Made by a program: the position numbers and the translations under genes
The notes under the pieces: generated by a model
The model's input: the letters and a program-made list of their open reading frames with translations, nothing else
Told to the model about the DNA's origin: nothing
The model's database searches: none
In this document: positions 60,820 through 64,000 of the stretch, piece after piece
Layout of the letters: every line of letters starts with the position of its first letter
How positions within the stretch are numbered: position 1 is the stretch's first letter
Assembly: GCA_943359395.1 (NCBI GenBank)
Contig: CALRHH010000003.1
Location: 24,846 to 88,845, forward strand
Source of the DNA: Candidatus Nomurabacteria bacterium
GTDB lineage: Bacteria > Patescibacteriota > Minisyncoccia > Phycocordibacterales > UBA2100
DNA length: 64,000 nt
Reading direction: 5' to 3'

Positions 60820-61038
60820 ATGCCCTCGTCCAACCAAACACCCTTTGACCTTACCGACCACCTCCTACCCCCCGCGCCAAAACCTTCGGCTGGTCCCATC
60901 GTCGGTATCGTAATCATCATTACCTTTCTCATTATTGGTGCACTGTACTTTTGGGGCGCTCACCTCAACGCGCAAAGTCCCGAAGATACTTTGCCTCTCA
61001 TTTTAGACGACGACTCCTCGGCGGTGCAGTCGAGCTAG
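60820..61038 (+). CDS. Single-TM small protein, paralogue of upstream gene
   Basis: SAGPIVGIVIIITFLIIGALYFW...LPLI. Confidence 0.65.
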   Translation: MPSSNQTPFDLTDHLLPPAPKPSAGPIVGIVIIITFLIIGALYFWGAHLNAQSPEDTLPLILDDDSSAVQSS

Positions 61039-61066
61039 TTTGCGGCGACCGCCGTTTGCAGGTAAA

Positions 61067-61127
61067 CCCCGTTAGATAATCCAGCAATCTTTGGTTTCAA
61101 AAACTCGACGAACGTTATCTAACGGGG
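61067..61127. mobile_element. MITE-like element copy 4 (61 bp), TSD TAAA
   Basis: TAAA|CCCCGTTAGATAA...TTATCTAACGGGG|TAAA just upstream of tig. Confidence 0.75.
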
Positions 61128-61139
61128 TAAACTCCTCCG

Positions 61140-62231
61140 ATGCAATTACAGAACGTGAAAGTAACTCGCGACGATGCTGCGTGGGAGACGGAAGTGAAAG
61201 CCGAGATACCCGCGGAGGTGCTTGCGCATTACCGCACCGCGGCATTGAAAGAAATTAAGAAGACCGCGAAATTGGACGGCTTTCGTCCGGGCAAGGCTCC
61301 CGAAGAAAAGATTATCCAAGTATACGGAGAAAGTGTGATACTGCGTGAAGCTGTACAACATGCCATTGAGCACGAGCTCCCCGAGCTTCTTGCGGCTCAA
61401 AAGCTACTTATTATAGAATCTCCACGCGTGACAACCGACACGCCAGAACTGGGCAAGCCTGTTACCTTCACCGCACGTGCCGCACTTGCTCCTTCAATCG
61501 AATTACCAGATTACAAAAAGATTGCGGCGAAACACACCGCAGAAAAAGAAAAGGTCGTCGTCACGGACCAAGAACACGCACAAGCACTCACTCACTTGCG
61601 CAGAGAGCGCTCCCGCATCGACAAGATAGAAAGTGGTACCGACGCTCAGAAAGCTGCGGAAGAATCGCGTGCAGCAGAGGAGAAAGACCTCCCGGAGCTC
61701 GATGACGCATTCGTCCAATCACTTGGATACGAAAGCGCAGAGAAATTCGCCGAGGTACTCCGCGTAAACATAAAAACTGAAAAAGAAATGCAGGCGCAAG
61801 AGAAGCGACGGGCCCTTATTCTCGATGAACTCGTGAAGGACTCCAAGATATCCTACCCGTCGGCGCTACGCGAGTACGAACTCGACGACATGGAAGCCCG
61901 GCTTAAGGACGACCTCACGCGCATCGGACAGACGCTCGAGGCGTACTTTGCACAAACTAAGAAAACCCGGGAGCAGATTCGTACTGAATGGAAGGATGCT
62001 GCCGACAAACGGGCGAAAGTCCGCCTTATACTCACCGAAATAGCCCGGAAAGAATCTATCAGCCCAGACGAGAAAGCGCTTGAACATCAACTCGAACAGG
62101 CTCGCAAGCAATACCCCGCCGCAGACGCAATAGCGCTGCGTGCGCACATCTCACACGCGATGCGCAACGATGCAACCCTACGATTTTTGGAGGGAAACGC
62201 AGAGCTGCCGAAGCACCGCCACGAACACTAG
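61140..62231 (+). CDS. tig: Trigger factor lacking the FKBP PPIase domain
   Basis: GFRPGKAP ribosome-binding loop, LPDYKKI, LPELDDAF; 363 aa. Confidence 0.9.
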   Translation: MQLQNVKVTRDDAAWETEVKAEIPAEVLAHYRTAALKEIKKTAKLDGFRPGKAPEEKIIQVYGESVILREAVQHAIEHELPELLAAQKLLIIESPRVTTDTPELGKPVTFTARAALAPSIELPDYKKIAAKHTAEKEKVVVTDQEHAQALTHLRRERSRIDKIESGTDAQKAAEESRAAEEKDLPELDDAFVQSLGYESAEKFAEVLRVNIKTEKEMQAQEKRRALILDELVKDSKISYPSALREYELDDMEARLKDDLTRIGQTLEAYFAQTKKTREQIRTEWKDAADKRAKVRLILTEIARKESISPDEKALEHQLEQARKQYPAADAIALRAHISHAMRNDATLRFLEGNAELPKHRHEH

Positions 62232-62278
62232 GAAACAAGCGGCGCACAAAGAGGGGTATGTGCTAAGGTAAGAATGTT

Positions 62279-62815
62279 ATGGATGAGACGTCTCAGCAAG
62301 AGGGAGAAGAGGAATTCCTTATGGCCTATGACACGTACAGTGATGCGATTTTCCGGTTTCTGACGATGAAGATTGCCGACCGTGAAACAGCGCGCGACCT
62401 CACCCAAGAAACGTTCACCCGCGCGTGGGACTTTTACAGAGAGGGCGGTGTCGTCCGAGATTGGAAGCCATTCCTCTATCAAACCGCATACAACCTCGTT
62501 GTAGACGTGTATCGGAAAAAGAAGTCTGTTTCGCTCGACGCGCTCATTGATGACCATGGATTCGGCGTCTCCGACGACAGCAGCGAAGAAAAGAAGGCGA
62601 TAACAAAGGCAGAAATGTCTCTCGTCCGAAAAGGAATCGATGCTCTCAATGAGGTGTATCGTGAAGTGATTCTCCTCCGCTATTCTGAAGGTCTCCAACC
62701 GAAAGACATCGCCAACATTACTGGTCTTTCAGAAAACGTCGTGTCTGTCCGAATACACCGCGGCGTCGAAAAACTGCGAACAATCCTTTCCTCACCTACC
62801 GACCACCAACTATGA
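62279..62815 (+). CDS. ECF RNA polymerase sigma factor
   Basis: ARDLTQETF, FLYQTAYNLVVD, VILLRY...DIA...VSVRIHRG. Confidence 0.92.
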   Translation: MDETSQQEGEEEFLMAYDTYSDAIFRFLTMKIADRETARDLTQETFTRAWDFYREGGVVRDWKPFLYQTAYNLVVDVYRKKKSVSLDALIDDHGFGVSDDSSEEKKAITKAEMSLVRKGIDALNEVYREVILLRYSEGLQPKDIANITGLSENVVSVRIHRGVEKLRTILSSPTDHQL

Positions 62816-63945
62816 GTACCTCACATTTTTCACATAATGACGAACGGGAACTAGAGTCCTGTGTTAAGGCAGTGCTCCGCATTTCGCTCGACCAATCAGA
62901 CAAGGCGGCTATGCGGGCGCATCTTTTGGAGTACGCACACATGAAACCACTCCGCCCGCACGCTTCGGCGCATCCCGCGTACCCTATCCTCGACAAGATC
63001 TCCGTCTTTTTCGCACAACACTCCATGCCGTTTATTACCGCTGCGCTCATCCTGACAATCGGAGGTAGCACTGTTGCCGCGGCTGAGAGTGCGCTCCCCG
63101 GCGAGTTTCTCTACCCCATAAAAATACACGTAACGGAGGAGGTACGCGCCACGCTCGCGACATCTGCAAAAGCAAAAGCGGATTGGTCCGTCGTGCGGGC
63201 AGAGCGCAGACTTGAGGAGGCGGCTACTCTTGCCGTCGCGGGTAGGCTCGATGAAGCAACCCGGGCCGAAATCGACATCAACATCGACGCGCAAGTCGAG
63301 AGCGCAGGTAAAAATCGTGCAGAGCTTGCGGGGAAGAATGACCCCTCCGCACAAGAAGTGCAAACCAACATAGGTTCCATTCTCGTCGCCCGCGCCAACA
63401 TCCTTGGCAGCAAGCAAGCAAATATTGCGAGCGCCGATGCGGGAATCAGCTTACGCGCGACCGTCGTCGCACCGACGGTACCCCCACCCCCGATGATTGC
63501 GACAACGAGTATGACGGCGCAGACATTGTCTGCTGACGAGTCCGTGTCTCCCGAAGCAGTCCGCAAGGGTGAGCGGACAGCTGCAAACGCTCGACTCCAA
63601 GCCTCTAAAAAATACCTCGACTCCAGCAAGACGCTTCGTCCTGAAGCGCGTGAGACCGTACAATCACGCATCAGGGAAGTGACCGAGGCGATTACATCGG
63701 GAGACGTTGATGCCGCACGTGGAAATACCGACGGAGCCGCATCGAGTTTCACATCCGCGCTCAAAGCCGCAACCGACATCGAGACGATTATCGCCGAATC
63801 ACAAAACGCCTCTTCTACGGGCACGAGTACGCCACAAAACGCCACAAGCACGTACAGTGCGACATCTTCTCTCAACGCCACGTCAACGGCATCCACCACA
63901 GAAAGCGGGGCAGATGTTCGCGAGATAGTAAATACTGGATTATAG
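62812..63945 (+). CDS. Probable anti-sigma factor with DUF5667-like domain
   Basis: ATGA overlap with sigma; TM then ALPGEFLYPIK...AERRLEEA. Confidence 0.75.
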   Translation: MSTSHFSHNDERELESCVKAVLRISLDQSDKAAMRAHLLEYAHMKPLRPHASAHPAYPILDKISVFFAQHSMPFITAALILTIGGSTVAAAESALPGEFLYPIKIHVTEEVRATLATSAKAKADWSVVRAERRLEEAATLAVAGRLDEATRAEIDINIDAQVESAGKNRAELAGKNDPSAQEVQTNIGSILVARANILGSKQANIASADAGISLRATVVAPTVPPPPMIATTSMTAQTLSADESVSPEAVRKGERTAANARLQASKKYLDSSKTLRPEARETVQSRIREVTEAITSGDVDAARGNTDGAASSFTSALKAATDIETIIAESQNASSTGTSTPQNATSTYSATSSLNATSTASTTESGADVREIVNTGL

Positions 63946-64000
63946 GAAGCAAAAATTTGCGCGCTTGCCCACTTGGTGTACACTCCTCTCTGTATGAACA

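Noticed and set aside
59645-63983. Long antisense ORFs (59645..60328, 63111..63983)
   Set aside because: Shadows of Ala/Ser/Thr-rich plus-strand genes with no independent motifs.

Overview
Bacterial chromosome segment (code 11), most likely Patescibacteria/CPR (Parcubacteria-like). This is inferred from a trigger factor lacking the FKBP domain, split comEC, a type IV pilus locus, a DUF5667-like anti-sigma and core genes largely without Shine-Dalgarno motifs. The right two-thirds is housekeeping (rpsJ, tuf, fusA, rpsG, rpsL, rpmB, sod, comEC, rnhA, recJ, pgk, tpiA, pil genes, nusA, ppa, tig, ECF sigma), with the str operon broken by insertions. The left ~19 kb is an accessory island. Its core is an ArsR-linked, translationally coupled operon led by a 100-aa membrane-anchored peptide ending in a (GGGDC)-type repeat. 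Around it are two SGGIDS N-type ATP pyrophosphatases, two PaaK/CapK-like ligases, two ATP-grasp-like paralogues, two atypical sulfatases, an HTTM-like protein, a PRTase-beta-propeller fusion and a signal-less DctP; together a candidate undescribed peptide/surface-modification system. Other highlights: (i) four copies of a MITE-like element with CCCCGT(T/G)AGA terminal inverted repeats, each with its own 4-bp target duplication, one inserted in frame in comEC; (ii) several stand-alone single-gene cassettes with promoter, SD and terminator (including fabA and an OxlT-like transporter) that look proteobacterial; (iii) a +1 frameshift and an in-frame amber that split two genes. No rRNA, tRNA or CRISPR array was seen. 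All family assignments are from motif recognition, not database searches.
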